From NCBI GenBank assembly GCA_963729625.1, contig CAVSOU010000008.1, forward strand, positions 576,001 to 640,000: a DNA stretch of 64,000 nt. Direction: 5' to 3'. Shown here one piece after another: positions 39,254 to 49,597 of the stretch. Below the pieces are notes generated by a model, which saw only the letters and a program-made list of their open reading frames with translations, was not told the DNA's origin and made no database searches. This DNA comes from an uncultured bacterium. GTDB taxonomy: Bacteria > Chloroflexota > UBA5177 > JANWHV01. Made by a program: the position numbers and the translations under genes. The stretch's first letter is position 1. Each line of letters begins with the position of its first letter.

Positions 39254-40777
39254 CTAGCGCGCGATCTCGACAACGCGCTTCTCGCGGATCACCATGACCT
39301 TGATCTGCCCCGGGTAATCGAGATTCTCCTCGATCCGCTTTGCCACGTCGCGTGCCACACGCAGCGAGCCCAGATCGTCTACTTCGTCAGGCTTGACCGC
39401 GATTCGGAGCTCCCGGCCGGCTTGGATTGCGAAGCTTCGCTCCACGCCTGGGAAGCTGTTAGCAATCTCTTCGAGCGCCTCGAGGCGCTTGATATAGGTG
39501 CTGACGGTCTCGCGTCGCGCGCCTGGTCGCGCAGCCGAGATGGCATCGCCCGCGGCCACGATGAACGCTTCGATCGATTGCAGCTCTTCCTCTGCATGGT
39601 GCGCGGCGATGGCGTGCACGATCTTGGGCGACTTGCCCAGCCGCTTGCAAATGTCGGCGCCGATGATAGCGTGCGGCCCTTCGATATCGTGGTCGACGGC
39701 CTTGCCGATGTCGTGGAGCAGGCCAGCCTCCTTGCATATGTAGGGGTCGGCGCCAACTTCCGCCGCCATGGCCGCGCAGAGGATAGCCACTTCAACCGCG
39801 TGGTTGAGCACGTTCTGCCCATAGCTGGTGCGGAACTTCAGGCGGCCCAGCAGCTTCACCAGATCGGGATGAAGGCTGTGGACACCCGCATCAAACGCGG
39901 CACGTTCCCCTGCCTCGCGGATGGTGACGTCCACCTCGGCGCGAGCCTTGGCCACCACCTCCTCGATGCGGGCAGGGTGAATGCGGCCGTCGGCGATGAG
40001 CTTGGTCAACGACACGCGTGCCACCTCACGCCGAACGGGATCAAAACCGGAGAGGATCACGGCTTCAGGCGTATCGTCGATAATCAGATCGATGCCGGTA
40101 GCCGCTTCGAGTGCCCGGATGTTTCGACCCTCGCGGCCGATAATCCGTCCCTTCATCTCTTCATTCGGCAGATTGACGACCGAGACCGTGGTCTCAGCTA
40201 CCACGTCCGCGGCGCACCGCTGAATGGCGAGTCCGATGATCTTGTGCGCTCGCCGCTCCGACTCGAGCTTGGCTTCCGCCTCCAGATCGCGCACGCGCCG
40301 CTCGATGTCCGCTTTCACCTCGCTTTCGACCTGGGCGATGAGCAGTTGCCGGGCTTCTTCGCGAGGCAGCCCCGCGATACGCTCCAGGACGGCCATTTGC
40401 TCGGTCTTGAGCGCCTCAAGCTTCTCCTTGGCTGTATCCAGATCCTGCTCCTTCGTGGCGAGAACGCGTTCGCGCCGCTCCAGGCTTTCGGACCTGCGAT
40501 CGAGGCTCTCCTCCTTCTGTTGAATTCGGCGTTCCTGCCGCTGCGCGTCGGCACGACGTTCGCGGCTGTCAGCCTCAGCCTCCGATCGCAGGGCGAGAGC
40601 CTCGTCTTTGGCGACGAGCAGGATTTCTTTCTGTTTTGCTTCTGCCTCGAGCAGCACCTTCTCGGCACGGCTCTCCACGCCGTGCAGGCGCGCCCGCGGC
40701 AGGTAGTAGTAGAGAACGTATGCGACGACAAAGCCGACGATCAGGGCGATCACGGCGACAAGTACGGCGATCACCAT
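39254..40777 (-). CDS. rny: Ribonuclease Y
   Basis: N-terminal TM, coiled coil, [24 protein letters not shown]. Confidence 0.97.
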   Translation of the reverse strand: MVIAVLVAVIALIVGFVVAYVLYYYLPRARLHGVESRAEKVLLEAEAKQKEILLVAKDEALALRSEAEADSRERRADAQRQERRIQQKEESLDRRSESLERRERVLATKEQDLDTAKEKLEALKTEQMAVLERIAGLPREEARQLLIAQVESEVKADIERRVRDLEAEAKLESERRAHKIIGLAIQRCAADVVAETTVSVVNLPNEEMKGRIIGREGRNIRALEAATGIDLIIDDTPEAVILSGFDPVRREVARVSLTKLIADGRIHPARIEEVVAKARAEVDVTIREAGERAAFDAGVHSLHPDLVKLLGRLKFRTSYGQNVLNHAVEVAILCAAMAAEVGADPYICKEAGLLHDIGKAVDHDIEGPHAIIGADICKRLGKSPKIVHAIAAHHAEEELQSIEAFIVAAGDAISAARPGARRETVSTYIKRLEALEEIANSFPGVERSFAIQAGRELRIAVKPDEVDDLGSLRVARDVAKRIEENLDYPGQIKVMVIREKRVVEIAR

Positions 40778-40839
40778 GTGCGGTACACCTCCCCCAAATG
40801 ACCAGACTGTGTACCGGAAGACAAGCGAGCGATCGTGAT

Positions 40840-42279
40840 CTAGCCTGTTTTCTCCAGAGCTATTGCTAGGCGCTTGAGACAGACGTCATGACCGAGGAGC
40901 TCCATACTTTCGAACAATGGAGGTCCAGCTTTGCTTCCGGTAATAGGCACGCGCGCCACCTCCGCCAGTTGGCGCATCTTGACAGCCGCGGTCTCCGCAA
41001 GAGCGCGGAACTCGATCTCGAGCGTTGCGTGGTCCCAGGTGGCAACGCGGCTGCACAGTTCAAAGGCCTGACACAATAGAGAACGACTGCCTTCGGGCCC
41101 AAGCTTCTTTTCGACCAGCGCGTCGCGCTCGTACTCCGGCTCGTGAAAGAAGAACCCCGCCAACGACGAGAACTCCGAGAGCCGATTGAGACGCGATTGA
41201 ACGAGCGGAACCACGGCCTGCACTAAGGCTTGGTCCGCATCCGCAGGAAGAAACGGCTGCAGCGCGTCCACGAACTCGCCCTCAGATAGCATCCTGATGT
41301 ACTGACCGTTGAGATCGTCGAGGCGGTGCATGTCGAAGATTGGGCCCCCCGCCACCACCCGGTCCCAGGCGAAAGCGGCGATGAATTCATCCAGCGAAAA
41401 GGTCTCGCGGCCATCAGGCATGGACCAGCCTTGAAGGGCGAGATAGTTCAGCAACGCCGCGGGCAGAAATCCCTGTCCGCGGTACCACTCCAACGAGGTG
41501 TTGTTCTTACGTTTAGAAATCTTGCTCTTGTCGACGTTCCGCATCAGCGGCATATGGATAAAAGCAGGCAACTCCCAACCCAGAGCGTTGTAGAGCACCA
41601 CGTGTTTCGGCGTGCTGGAGATCCACTCCTCGCCCCGCACAACATGCGTAATGCCCATCAGATGGTCGTCTACCACGACCGCCAGGTGGTATGTGGGGAA
41701 TCCGTCCGCCTTCAGCACCACGGGATCATCCTGCAGGTCGTTCCGGAATGACACCTGGCCACGAACGAGATCCGTAAATGTCGTCTCGCCGCTATCAGGC
41801 ATCTGGAGCCGAACTACGTGTGGAATACCCGCCCGCAGGTTCTCGGCCACGATTCCCGGATCGTGGTGCAGGCAGTGCCTGTCGTACTTTGGCGGAAGCT
41901 TGGCTGCTTCCTGCTCCTTGCGCATGGCATCCAGCCGCTCGCGCGTGCAGAAGCAATAGTAGGCACACCCATTCGCTCTGAGCTGTTCTGCATACCGGGC
42001 ATAGAGAGGGAGGCGCTCCGACTGACGGTACGGTGCGCACGGACCGCCTACATCCGGGCCTTCATCCCAATATAGGCCAAGCCAACGCAGAGCCTCGAAG
42101 ATTCTCCGTTCGGAGGCTTCGTCATAGCGCGCGCGATCCGTGTCCTCAATGCGCAGCACGAACCTGCCGTCGTTCTGGCGCACAAACGCGAAGTCGAACA
42201 GCGCCATGTAGGCCGTACCTATATGCGGATCGCCGGTAGGGCTTGGAGCAATACGAAGGCGAGGTCGAGCAGACGACAC
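40840..42279 (-). CDS. gltX: Glutamate--tRNA ligase
   Basis: [41 protein letters not shown]. Confidence 0.96.
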   Translation of the reverse strand: MSSARPRLRIAPSPTGDPHIGTAYMALFDFAFVRQNDGRFVLRIEDTDRARYDEASERRIFEALRWLGLYWDEGPDVGGPCAPYRQSERLPLYARYAEQLRANGCAYYCFCTRERLDAMRKEQEAAKLPPKYDRHCLHHDPGIVAENLRAGIPHVVRLQMPDSGETTFTDLVRGQVSFRNDLQDDPVVLKADGFPTYHLAVVVDDHLMGITHVVRGEEWISSTPKHVVLYNALGWELPAFIHMPLMRNVDKSKISKRKNNTSLEWYRGQGFLPAALLNYLALQGWSMPDGRETFSLDEFIAAFAWDRVVAGGPIFDMHRLDDLNGQYIRMLSEGEFVDALQPFLPADADQALVQAVVPLVQSRLNRLSEFSSLAGFFFHEPEYERDALVEKKLGPEGSRSLLCQAFELCSRVATWDHATLEIEFRALAETAAVKMRQLAEVARVPITGSKAGPPLFESMELLGHDVCLKRLAIALEKTG

Positions 42280-42521
42280 GCAGCAGTCACACTTCTACAG
42301 CATCAAGCTACAGAGCTCTCATTGGATGTCACGGAACGTAGCAGTCCCGGCCAAAGCTCGTCAAGGAACCTGTACGTTAACCATACACGAAACCACGGGA
42401 GCATGGGGCGGGCCGCGCTTTTGAGCTCAATGTGGGCGAGTAGTTTGGCTCAGAATCCGAGTTGGCACACGCATGTATGCTGCACCCTATAACGGGTCAT
42501 AGGCTGTTGTAGAGACAGTTG

Positions 42522-42827
42522 CTAGAAGAACCCAAGCTCCAGCTTGGCGTCTTCACTCATCATGCTGGGATTCCAGAGCGGCTCCCACGAGAGCTTGGGA
42601 ATCACGGTCTGAATATCGGGCATGTGTCTCTTGAGCACTTCATCCATCTCGGCATCGATGTATTCATTCAGCGGGCAGGCCGGCGTGGTAAGCGTATAGG
42701 TGACGGTTACCGAGCGCTCGTCGACATCGACGCCACGAATCAGGCCCAAGTCCACCAGGTTGATTCCCAGCTCCGGGTCGTTGACCTCGCGCAGGAACTC
42801 CATTACTTCGTCTTCGGTGTGTGCCAT
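42522..42827 (-). CDS. sufT: DUF59 / SufT-like Fe-S assembly factor
   Basis: DPELGINLVDLGLI, TLTTPACP. Confidence 0.88.
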   Translation of the reverse strand: MAHTEDEVMEFLREVNDPELGINLVDLGLIRGVDVDERSVTVTYTLTTPACPLNEYIDAEMDEVLKRHMPDIQTVIPKLSWEPLWNPSMMSEDAKLELGFF

Positions 42828-42956
42828 GGTATCTTCTCCTCCCTTGAGCCGCGTGAGAAAGGAAGGCGGCCCGAAGGCCGCTGCTTGGCGGCGACCCGCT
42901 GCGGTGTGCTTTGCACCCCTGGAGACTCGCCGGGCTCAAGCCCGGGGCATCCATTA

Positions 42957-43265
42957 CTACGTTTCTATGAAGATGCCGTCGCCTTCGACGTGCACCGGGT
43001 ATGTGCGCACGGGCGTGGTGGCGGGCAGGCAGAGCGCTGCGCCGGTCGTGACGTCGAATATCGCGCCGTGCAGCGGGCACGTGATCTCCGTGCCCTCCAG
43101 CCATCCGTCAGACAGAGATGCTTCCTCATGGGTACAGGTGTCGTCCATCGCATAGTACGTGCCGTCACAGTTGAAAAGCGCGATAGTGTCGCCGCCCGTC
43201 CGCACGCATTTGCTTTCCCCGGGCGCCAGGTCAGAGGTCGACGCGACTCGATGTATCGTACTCAC
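42957..43265 (-). CDS. Rieske [2Fe-2S] ferredoxin
   Basis: CTHE and CPLHG motifs; start taken at GTG 43265. Confidence 0.9.
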   Translation of the reverse strand: MSTIHRVASTSDLAPGESKCVRTGGDTIALFNCDGTYYAMDDTCTHEEASLSDGWLEGTEITCPLHGAIFDVTTGAALCLPATTPVRTYPVHVEGDGIFIET

Positions 43266-43567
43266 CGATATATTCACTCCGATTGAAGGCTCAACGCATC
43301 GTAACATCCGAATGTGCGGGTCTGATTCGCCAAGTGTTGCGCCGTGTCGTTTGTGTTTGGCTTGAAGTGCCGGTCGCGGCACGGGGTATTTCGTTTCCTT
43401 CACCACGGTATCGCCGCCGCGCCGCGCCCGGGTCGGGCCATGCTCGAGAAACCTGGTGCTCGGTTCGGCACGTATCGCGCGAAGCAGGAATTTGCCGCAC
43501 GCCGTTCGGCCGTGCCGCGGCACGTGACCGCATTCTCGGGCAATCGGTGCAGCAGCCTAGCCTGTGC

Positions 43568-43969
43568 CTACGCGGACGTTTCCAGGCGCTTGACTGCATC
43601 CGGCACGCCATAGAGCGCAGCCATCATTACTTTGTAGCCGAGCAATGCGCATTTGACGCGCGCCGGACTGAGCGGAACACCCAGCTCATCAAGGATTTCA
43701 TCGCGCGTGATGGCCAGCGCCTCACTCTTGGTCCGGCCGACTACCATGTCCGTAAGCATGGACGTCGCGGCCTGGCTGATGGCGCATCCATTTCCACGGA
43801 ATCGCACTTCCGCAACGCGATCTCCGTCGTACCGCACATCCACGGCCACAACATCGCCGCACAGCGGGTTCGTGTCTTCATAGGTGGCGTCCGGACCCTC
43901 GATCGTTCCGTAATTGTGCGGATTGCGATAGTGGTCCAGTATCTCTTCTTGGTAAATGTCGCTGTTCAT
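43568..43969 (-). CDS. sufU: SUF system NifU-like protein
   Basis: ILDHYRNPHN, NPLCGD, GCAISQA, RVKCALL. Confidence 0.93.
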   Translation of the reverse strand: MNSDIYQEEILDHYRNPHNYGTIEGPDATYEDTNPLCGDVVAVDVRYDGDRVAEVRFRGNGCAISQAATSMLTDMVVGRTKSEALAITRDEILDELGVPLSPARVKCALLGYKVMMAALYGVPDAVKRLETSA

Positions 43970-44034
43970 TTTCGATGTTGCTCCTTGCCGTCGGGACCCC
44001 ATCAAGCCGGCGCCTGCAAGCGGCTGCCGCATGG

Positions 44035-45318
44035 CTACACGCTGAACACTTTGCGCACCCGCTCGAGTCCGCGCGCCAACGTGTCGATCTCCTCAATTGT
44101 ATTGTAGAAATAGACGCTCGCGCGTGTCGTCGCGTTGACATCCAGCACGCGCATCAGCGGCTGGCAGCAATGGTGACCTGCTCGCACTGCAATGTTGTCC
44201 TGATCGAGGATCGAGGCCACGTCGTGCGGGTGCACGCCGCGGACGCCAAATGACGCCACGCCGCCACGTTCGTCCGCGGACGGCCCGTACACGGTGACAT
44301 TCGGGATGGAGGACAGTGTCCGCAGGAGATAGTCCGTGAGCACATGCTCGCGCTCGCGCACCCGCTGCATGCCCAGGGCGGTCAGGTAGCGCACGGCCAC
44401 GGCGAATCCGACTGCCTCGGCGATGGCCGGAGTTCCCGCTTCGAACCGCTGTGGGATATCGGCATAGGTCGACGAGTCGATAACCACCTTGCGGATCATC
44501 GATCCACCGCCCATGAACGGTGGCATGGCGTCGAGCACATCGTAGCGCCCATAGAGGGCGCCGATACCTGTCGGTCCGAGCATCTTGTGCGCGGAAAACG
44601 CCAGGAAATCGCAGTCCAGCGCCTGTACATCGACCGGGAAGTGCGGCACGCTCTGCGCCGCATCGACCAGTACCAGGGCCCCGTGCGCGTGAGCGCGACG
44701 CACGATCTCGGCCACCGGATTGATGGTTCCCACCACGTTGCTCATATGGCTAATGGCCACAAGCTTGACACCTTGTGCGAGGAGCGCATCGAGGTCGCTC
44801 AGATCCAGCCGCCCGCGCCCATCGACCGGCAGCGCGAGTATGCGCGCGCCGCGATCCTCGGCCATCAGGTGCCAGGGCACCAGGTTGCTGTGATGCTCCA
44901 TGGCGCTGGTGAGTATCGCATCGCCCGGCCGGATATTCCGCCGGCCCCAGGCGTAGGCGACCAGGTTGATCGCTTCCGTGGTGTTGCGGACGAAGACGAC
45001 GCTATCGGCGGTGGGAGCGTTGATGAAGCCGGCGACGCTGTTCCGCGCCTCCTCGTAGGCCTCGGTGGCCCGCTCGCTGATCTCATAGACACCGCGATGC
45101 ACGTTGGCATTGAATGTGGTGTAGTAGCTGGACATGGCGTCGATAACGGCCTGCGGCTTCTGCGACGTCGCTGCGTTGTCCAGGTACGTCAACGGCTTGC
45201 CGTTCCGGCTTGTGGCGAGAATGGGAAAGTCTGCCCTCACGATCGACGGTTCCAGGGGAGTGGATGTTGCCGGAGGTGAAGAGACGGACTCGAGCGTTGC
45301 CCTGTCGATGCTCAGCAC
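44035..45318 (-). CDS. sufS: Cysteine desulfurase
   Basis: YLDNAATSQKP, SAHKMLGPTG, RAGHHC. Confidence 0.96.
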   Translation of the reverse strand: MLSIDRATLESVSSPPATSTPLEPSIVRADFPILATSRNGKPLTYLDNAATSQKPQAVIDAMSSYYTTFNANVHRGVYEISERATEAYEEARNSVAGFINAPTADSVVFVRNTTEAINLVAYAWGRRNIRPGDAILTSAMEHHSNLVPWHLMAEDRGARILALPVDGRGRLDLSDLDALLAQGVKLVAISHMSNVVGTINPVAEIVRRAHAHGALVLVDAAQSVPHFPVDVQALDCDFLAFSAHKMLGPTGIGALYGRYDVLDAMPPFMGGGSMIRKVVIDSSTYADIPQRFEAGTPAIAEAVGFAVAVRYLTALGMQRVREREHVLTDYLLRTLSSIPNVTVYGPSADERGGVASFGVRGVHPHDVASILDQDNIAVRAGHHCCQPLMRVLDVNATTRASVYFYNTIEEIDTLARGLERVRKVFSV

Positions 45319-45413
45319 AGAGGATCCTCTCTTTCATTGATATCGTCGGAGCCAGGCTCACATCCACGGGCATCCAGTTGATATCGCGCTCCGCCCGTCC
45401 TGATCGTTACCAT

Positions 45414-46748
45414 CTACGTTCTGTCCGATGCTCCGGCAGCCATCTTCGCGTCGACCTGGGCTGTGAGACGCTCTCGCACGTCTTCAAGCGGAATGCGCTC
45501 GATCAACGGTGCCAGGAAGCCGTTGACGATCAACCGCTCTGCCTCTCCGCGCGAGAGCCCGCGACTCATCAAGTAGAAGAGGTGGTCCTCAGAGACCTTG
45601 CCTGCCGTGGCGCCGTGCGAGCAACGCACGTCGTTTGCGGCGATCTCCAGATTCGGAATAGAGTCCGCGCGTGCCGACGGGCTGAGAATCAGGTTATTGT
45701 TCTTCTGATACGCATCCGTCTTTTGCGCGCCTTCGCGCACGCGGATCAGACCGGAATAGACGAGGCGCGAGGAGTCCTTCAACACGCCTTTGAAGAGAAG
45801 GTTGCTCGTGGCGTTAGGCGAAATATGATCCTGCAGCGTATGGTAGTCGAGGAACTCACTACCGGAGACGAAGTAGAGGCCAAGAATCTCACTCGTGGAG
45901 CCGGGCCCCCGCATCTCCGTATCGATGTTGAGCTTCACGAACTGGCCACCCATGGTCGCCGTGATCCAGGTGAGGCTGCTGTTCTTGTGCTGGATGGCGC
46001 GATGTACGCCTACCTGGCGCACGCTGTCGTCCAGTTCTTGCAGCGTCACGAAAGTGAGCTTCGCTCCTTCATGCAGGATAAGCTCGACTACCGGCACGCT
46101 CAGTGTCTCATCGGCGCCACGGGACCCAGTTTCGTCGACGAAGGTTGCTTCGCTATTCCGGTCCATCACGACGAGTGTGTGGGGGAACGTTGCCAGACCA
46201 GGCTGGTCCAACCACGTGCTGGCCTGCAGCGGCAAGGCGACTTTCACGCCGGCCGGCACGTAGACGAACGTGCCGCCGCCCCAGAGAGCGCCGTTCAGGG
46301 CGGCGAACTTGCTGAACTCCGGCTTGACCGCCTCGGCCATGAAGGCGGCCCGCACGAGATCGCCGTGTTCGCGTACCGCCGTGTCCATATCGGTGAGGAT
46401 CACGCCCTTTGCCGCAAGGTCGTCCGCGAGCGTGCGAAGCGCCGGAGTCGCGACATGCGAGACCAGGAACCCGGCACGCGAACGCAGCGCTTCTTCGTTC
46501 GGCTGCCAGGCGGCCGGCAGCGGAACGGCGCCGTTGGGTTCCGGCATGTGCAGCGCGTCGAAATTGATCCTGCGCAGCTGTGGCTGCGTGCGGCGCCACT
46601 CCTCGTCGGTGATTGCCGGCATCGGGGTGGCCTCATAGGTCTCCCACGCGCTCTGGCGCAGGTCACGCATCCACTGCGGCTCACCGTTGCGCTGGGCGAG
46701 CATCTGGACGGTATCTAGCGAAAGGTCGGGCTTTAGCTCTGCAGTCAT
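45414..46748 (-). CDS. sufD: Fe-S assembly protein SufD
   Basis: EEWRRT, PNLEIAANDVRCSHGAT, FYLMSRGL. Confidence 0.93.
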   Translation of the reverse strand: MTAELKPDLSLDTVQMLAQRNGEPQWMRDLRQSAWETYEATPMPAITDEEWRRTQPQLRRINFDALHMPEPNGAVPLPAAWQPNEEALRSRAGFLVSHVATPALRTLADDLAAKGVILTDMDTAVREHGDLVRAAFMAEAVKPEFSKFAALNGALWGGGTFVYVPAGVKVALPLQASTWLDQPGLATFPHTLVVMDRNSEATFVDETGSRGADETLSVPVVELILHEGAKLTFVTLQELDDSVRQVGVHRAIQHKNSSLTWITATMGGQFVKLNIDTEMRGPGSTSEILGLYFVSGSEFLDYHTLQDHISPNATSNLLFKGVLKDSSRLVYSGLIRVREGAQKTDAYQKNNNLILSPSARADSIPNLEIAANDVRCSHGATAGKVSEDHLFYLMSRGLSRGEAERLIVNGFLAPLIERIPLEDVRERLTAQVDAKMAAGASDRT

Positions 46749-46749
46749 A

Positions 46750-48153
46750 CTAGCCGACACTGCCTTCCATTTCCAGCTGGATGAGCCGGTTGAGCTCGAC
46801 CGCGTATTCGAGGGGCAGTTCCTTGGCAATCGGCTCAATGAACCCGCGCACGATCATGGACGTGGCATCTGCCTCGGAGAGCCCACGGCTCTTGAGGTAG
46901 AACAGCTGCTCCTCGCCGACCTTGGTAACGGTCGCTTCGTGCGCCGTCTCGACATCATCCTCTTCAATCTCGATATAGGGATAGGTATCCGTGCGGCTGC
47001 TCTCGTCGAGCAGCAGCGCATCGCAGACCACGGTCGACTTCGAGCCTTTCGCACCCTTATGCATCTTGAGCAGGCCTCGATAGCTGGCGCGTCCGGTACC
47101 CTTGCTGATCGACTTCGAGGTGATCACCGACGAGGTATGCGGCGCCATGTGCACCACCTTGCCGCCGGCGTCGAGGTGCTGGCCGTCCGTGGCGAAGGCG
47201 ATGGAGAGGACTTCGCCGCGAGCACCCGGCTCCATAAGCCAAATAGCCGGGTACTTCATGGTGACTTTCGAGCCCAGATTGCCGTCGACCCACTCCATGG
47301 TGGCGTCTTGATAGGCCACGGCCCGCTTGGTCACCAGGTTGTAGACGTTCTTCGACCAGTTCTGGATGGTCGTGTAACGGCAGCGGCCGCCCTTCTTGAC
47401 GATAATCTCGACCACCGCGCTGTGCAGCGAATCCGAGCTATACGTCGGCGCCGTACAGCCTTCGACGTAGTGCACGTAGGCGCCTTCGTCGACGATGATC
47501 AGGGTGCGCTCGAACTGACCCATGTTCTCGGCATTGATACGGAAATAGGCCTGCAGAGGCAGGTCCACGTGGACGCCCTTCGGCACGTAGATGAAGCTGC
47601 CGCCACTCCATACTGCGCTGTTGAGTGCGGCGAACTTGTTGTCGTTTGGGGGAATGATGGTGCTGAAGTACTGCTTGAACAGGTCCGGCTGCTCCTTCAG
47701 GGCGACGCCCGTGTCGAGGAAGACCACACCCTGTTTGGAGAGGTCCTCGCGCAGCTTGTGATAGATCGTCTCCGACTCGTATTGGGCGCCCACCCCGGCC
47801 AGGAACTTCTTCTCCGCTTCGGGGATGCCCAGCCGGTCAAACGTATTCTTGATGCCCTCTGGTACTTCTTCCCAGCTGCGCCCGGCGCGCTCCGATGGCT
47901 TGACATAGTAGAAGATGTTGTCGAAGTCAATAGCCGAGAGATCGGCGCCCCAGCTCGGCATCGGGCGGCGGTTGAAGAACTCCAGCGCCTTGAGCCGGAA
48001 CTTGAGCATCCATTCGGGCTCGTCCTTCATCTCGGAGATCTTACGAACGACTTCCGGTGTGAGGCCACGGCCCGACTTGAAGACGTAGTCTTCCGGATCG
48101 CTGAACCCGTACTGGTAGTCGGTGTTGACTTGCTCAATCGCGTTCACTGCCAT
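46750..48153 (-). CDS. sufB: Fe-S assembly protein SufB
   Basis: [22 protein letters not shown]; no intein. Confidence 0.97.
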   Translation of the reverse strand: MAVNAIEQVNTDYQYGFSDPEDYVFKSGRGLTPEVVRKISEMKDEPEWMLKFRLKALEFFNRRPMPSWGADLSAIDFDNIFYYVKPSERAGRSWEEVPEGIKNTFDRLGIPEAEKKFLAGVGAQYESETIYHKLREDLSKQGVVFLDTGVALKEQPDLFKQYFSTIIPPNDNKFAALNSAVWSGGSFIYVPKGVHVDLPLQAYFRINAENMGQFERTLIIVDEGAYVHYVEGCTAPTYSSDSLHSAVVEIIVKKGGRCRYTTIQNWSKNVYNLVTKRAVAYQDATMEWVDGNLGSKVTMKYPAIWLMEPGARGEVLSIAFATDGQHLDAGGKVVHMAPHTSSVITSKSISKGTGRASYRGLLKMHKGAKGSKSTVVCDALLLDESSRTDTYPYIEIEEDDVETAHEATVTKVGEEQLFYLKSRGLSEADATSMIVRGFIEPIAKELPLEYAVELNRLIQLEMEGSVG

Positions 48154-48154
48154 G

Positions 48155-48928
48155 TCAGGCCGCCTCTCCGCTCTCTCCGAATTGCTGTTCCACCCACTCG
48201 TAGCCGCGGAGCTCAAGGTCCTTGGCCAGCTCTTTGTCGCCGGTAGTGACGATCTTTCCGGCCAGCATCACGTGGACGTAGTCCGGCACGATATAGTCGA
48301 GCAGCCGCTGGTAGTGCGTTATGACCAGCGTGCCGAGGTTGGGGCCGCGTTGCGCGTTCACGCCTTCCGAGACGATCCGCATGGCGTCGATGTCGAGCCC
48401 CGAGTCGGTCTCATCAAGAACGGCGAACTTGGGCTGCAGCACGGCCATCTGCAGAATCTCGGCACGCTTCTTTTCGCCTCCGGAGAAGCCGTCGTTCAAG
48501 TATCGTTTGAGGAAGTCCTCATCCATCTTCAGCAGTGCCAGCTTCTCGACCAGGGCTTTGCGGAATTCGCGCACGGCCAGCGGTTTTCCGCCTACGGGCG
48601 TGTGCACGGCGTTATAGGCCATGCGCAGGAAGTTGAACATCGGCACGCCCGGCACCGAGCTCGGGTATTGGAACGCCAGGAACAGGCCGCGTTTTGCCCG
48701 CTCATCCGGGCCGAGCCCCAGAATGCTCTCGCCGTCGAGTAAGACATCGCCGCCGACCACCTCGTAGCTCGGGTGGCCCATGAGCGTGCTGGCCAGCGTG
48801 CTCTTGCCCGAGCCGTTCTTGCCCATCAGCGCGTGCGTCTCGCCCATACGCACGGTCAGGTTGATCCCTCTGAGGATCTCCGTTCCCTCGACGCACACTC
48901 GCAGGTCCTTAATTACCAGATTGCTCAT
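48155..48928 (-). CDS. sufC: Fe-S assembly ATPase SufC
   Basis: [26 protein letters not shown]. Confidence 0.97.
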   Translation of the reverse strand: MSNLVIKDLRVCVEGTEILRGINLTVRMGETHALMGKNGSGKSTLASTLMGHPSYEVVGGDVLLDGESILGLGPDERAKRGLFLAFQYPSSVPGVPMFNFLRMAYNAVHTPVGGKPLAVREFRKALVEKLALLKMDEDFLKRYLNDGFSGGEKKRAEILQMAVLQPKFAVLDETDSGLDIDAMRIVSEGVNAQRGPNLGTLVITHYQRLLDYIVPDYVHVMLAGKIVTTGDKELAKDLELRGYEWVEQQFGESGEAA

Positions 48929-48964
48929 TCGTTCCCATCCTCTCTCAAACCATACCGATCGTGG

Positions 48965-49483
48965 CTACCCGACAACCGGGCCAGGCGACACCGTCGTCTC
49001 GCCGTTGCCGGACCACGTGCCGGCAAGCATTGGTAAGGGGGTCAAGTCTTTGTGCAGCTTCACGAACGGAACGCGCTCGGGCATCAGCTCCGCCAGAGTC
49101 GTCGCGCGCAGCGTTTCGGCCACCGCGTCGCGTACACGGCGCCACAGTTCTTTGCTCCCGCACATGCTTTCGCGACCGCACAGCTTGGTGGCGCCGTCTA
49201 GGGGGGCGCAGAGCATCAGCGCCATGGTCCCTTCGAGCACGTCGATGACGTCGCTCATCGCGATGTCGGACGGCGCGCGACTCAGCTCGTAGCCGCCGTG
49301 AACACCCTGATGGCTGATGACGAGGCCGGCGCGTCGCAGCAACACGACAATCTGCTCGAGGTACGGCAAAGGCATGTCCTGGTCGCGGGCGATCTCGGTG
49401 AGCGAGAGCGGCCCGAAGCCGTAGTGAATGGCCAGTTCGGTCAACACCCTCACGCCGTATTCGCTGCGTTTAGAGAATTGCAT
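48965..49483 (-). CDS. Rrf2 family (IscR-like) regulator with three Cys ligands
   Basis: YLEQI, GVHGGYEL, CAPLDGATKLCGRESMC; heads the suf operon. Confidence 0.92.
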   Translation of the reverse strand: MQFSKRSEYGVRVLTELAIHYGFGPLSLTEIARDQDMPLPYLEQIVVLLRRAGLVISHQGVHGGYELSRAPSDIAMSDVIDVLEGTMALMLCAPLDGATKLCGRESMCGSKELWRRVRDAVAETLRATTLAELMPERVPFVKLHKDLTPLPMLAGTWSGNGETTVSPGPVVG

Positions 49484-49500
49484 CTCGTGCCTCGCGGAAA

Positions 49501-49579
49501 AACTCTTACTACGCTACTCAGACTTTATCGTAGCACCCGGATTTGCGCCCGTCAAACTCCGACGTGGGCAGTAGGGTAT
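49501..49579 (-). promoter_or_regulatory. Sigma70 promoter of the suf operon flanked by two IscR-type 25-bp operators
   Basis: Minus strand TTGACG (49555-49550) -17 bp- TACGAT (49532-49527) with extended TG; ATACCCTAC-N7-GTCGGAGTT (49579-49555) and AAGTCTGAG-N7-GTAAGAGTT (49525-49501). Confidence 0.7.
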
Positions 49580-49597
49580 TCGGCAGGTATCCTATGA

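Noticed and set aside
42280-42520. T-box or tRNA upstream of gltX
   Set aside because: No T-box consensus or cloverleaf found.
42846-42900. Group II intron domain V, glycine riboswitch or SRP RNA
   Set aside because: Only short motif resemblance (GAGCCGCGTGAG, CCGAAGG); the required pairings are absent.
43266-43523. N-terminal extension of the Rieske ferredoxin
   Set aside because: No recognisable domain; the typical ~100-aa ferredoxin begins at 43265.
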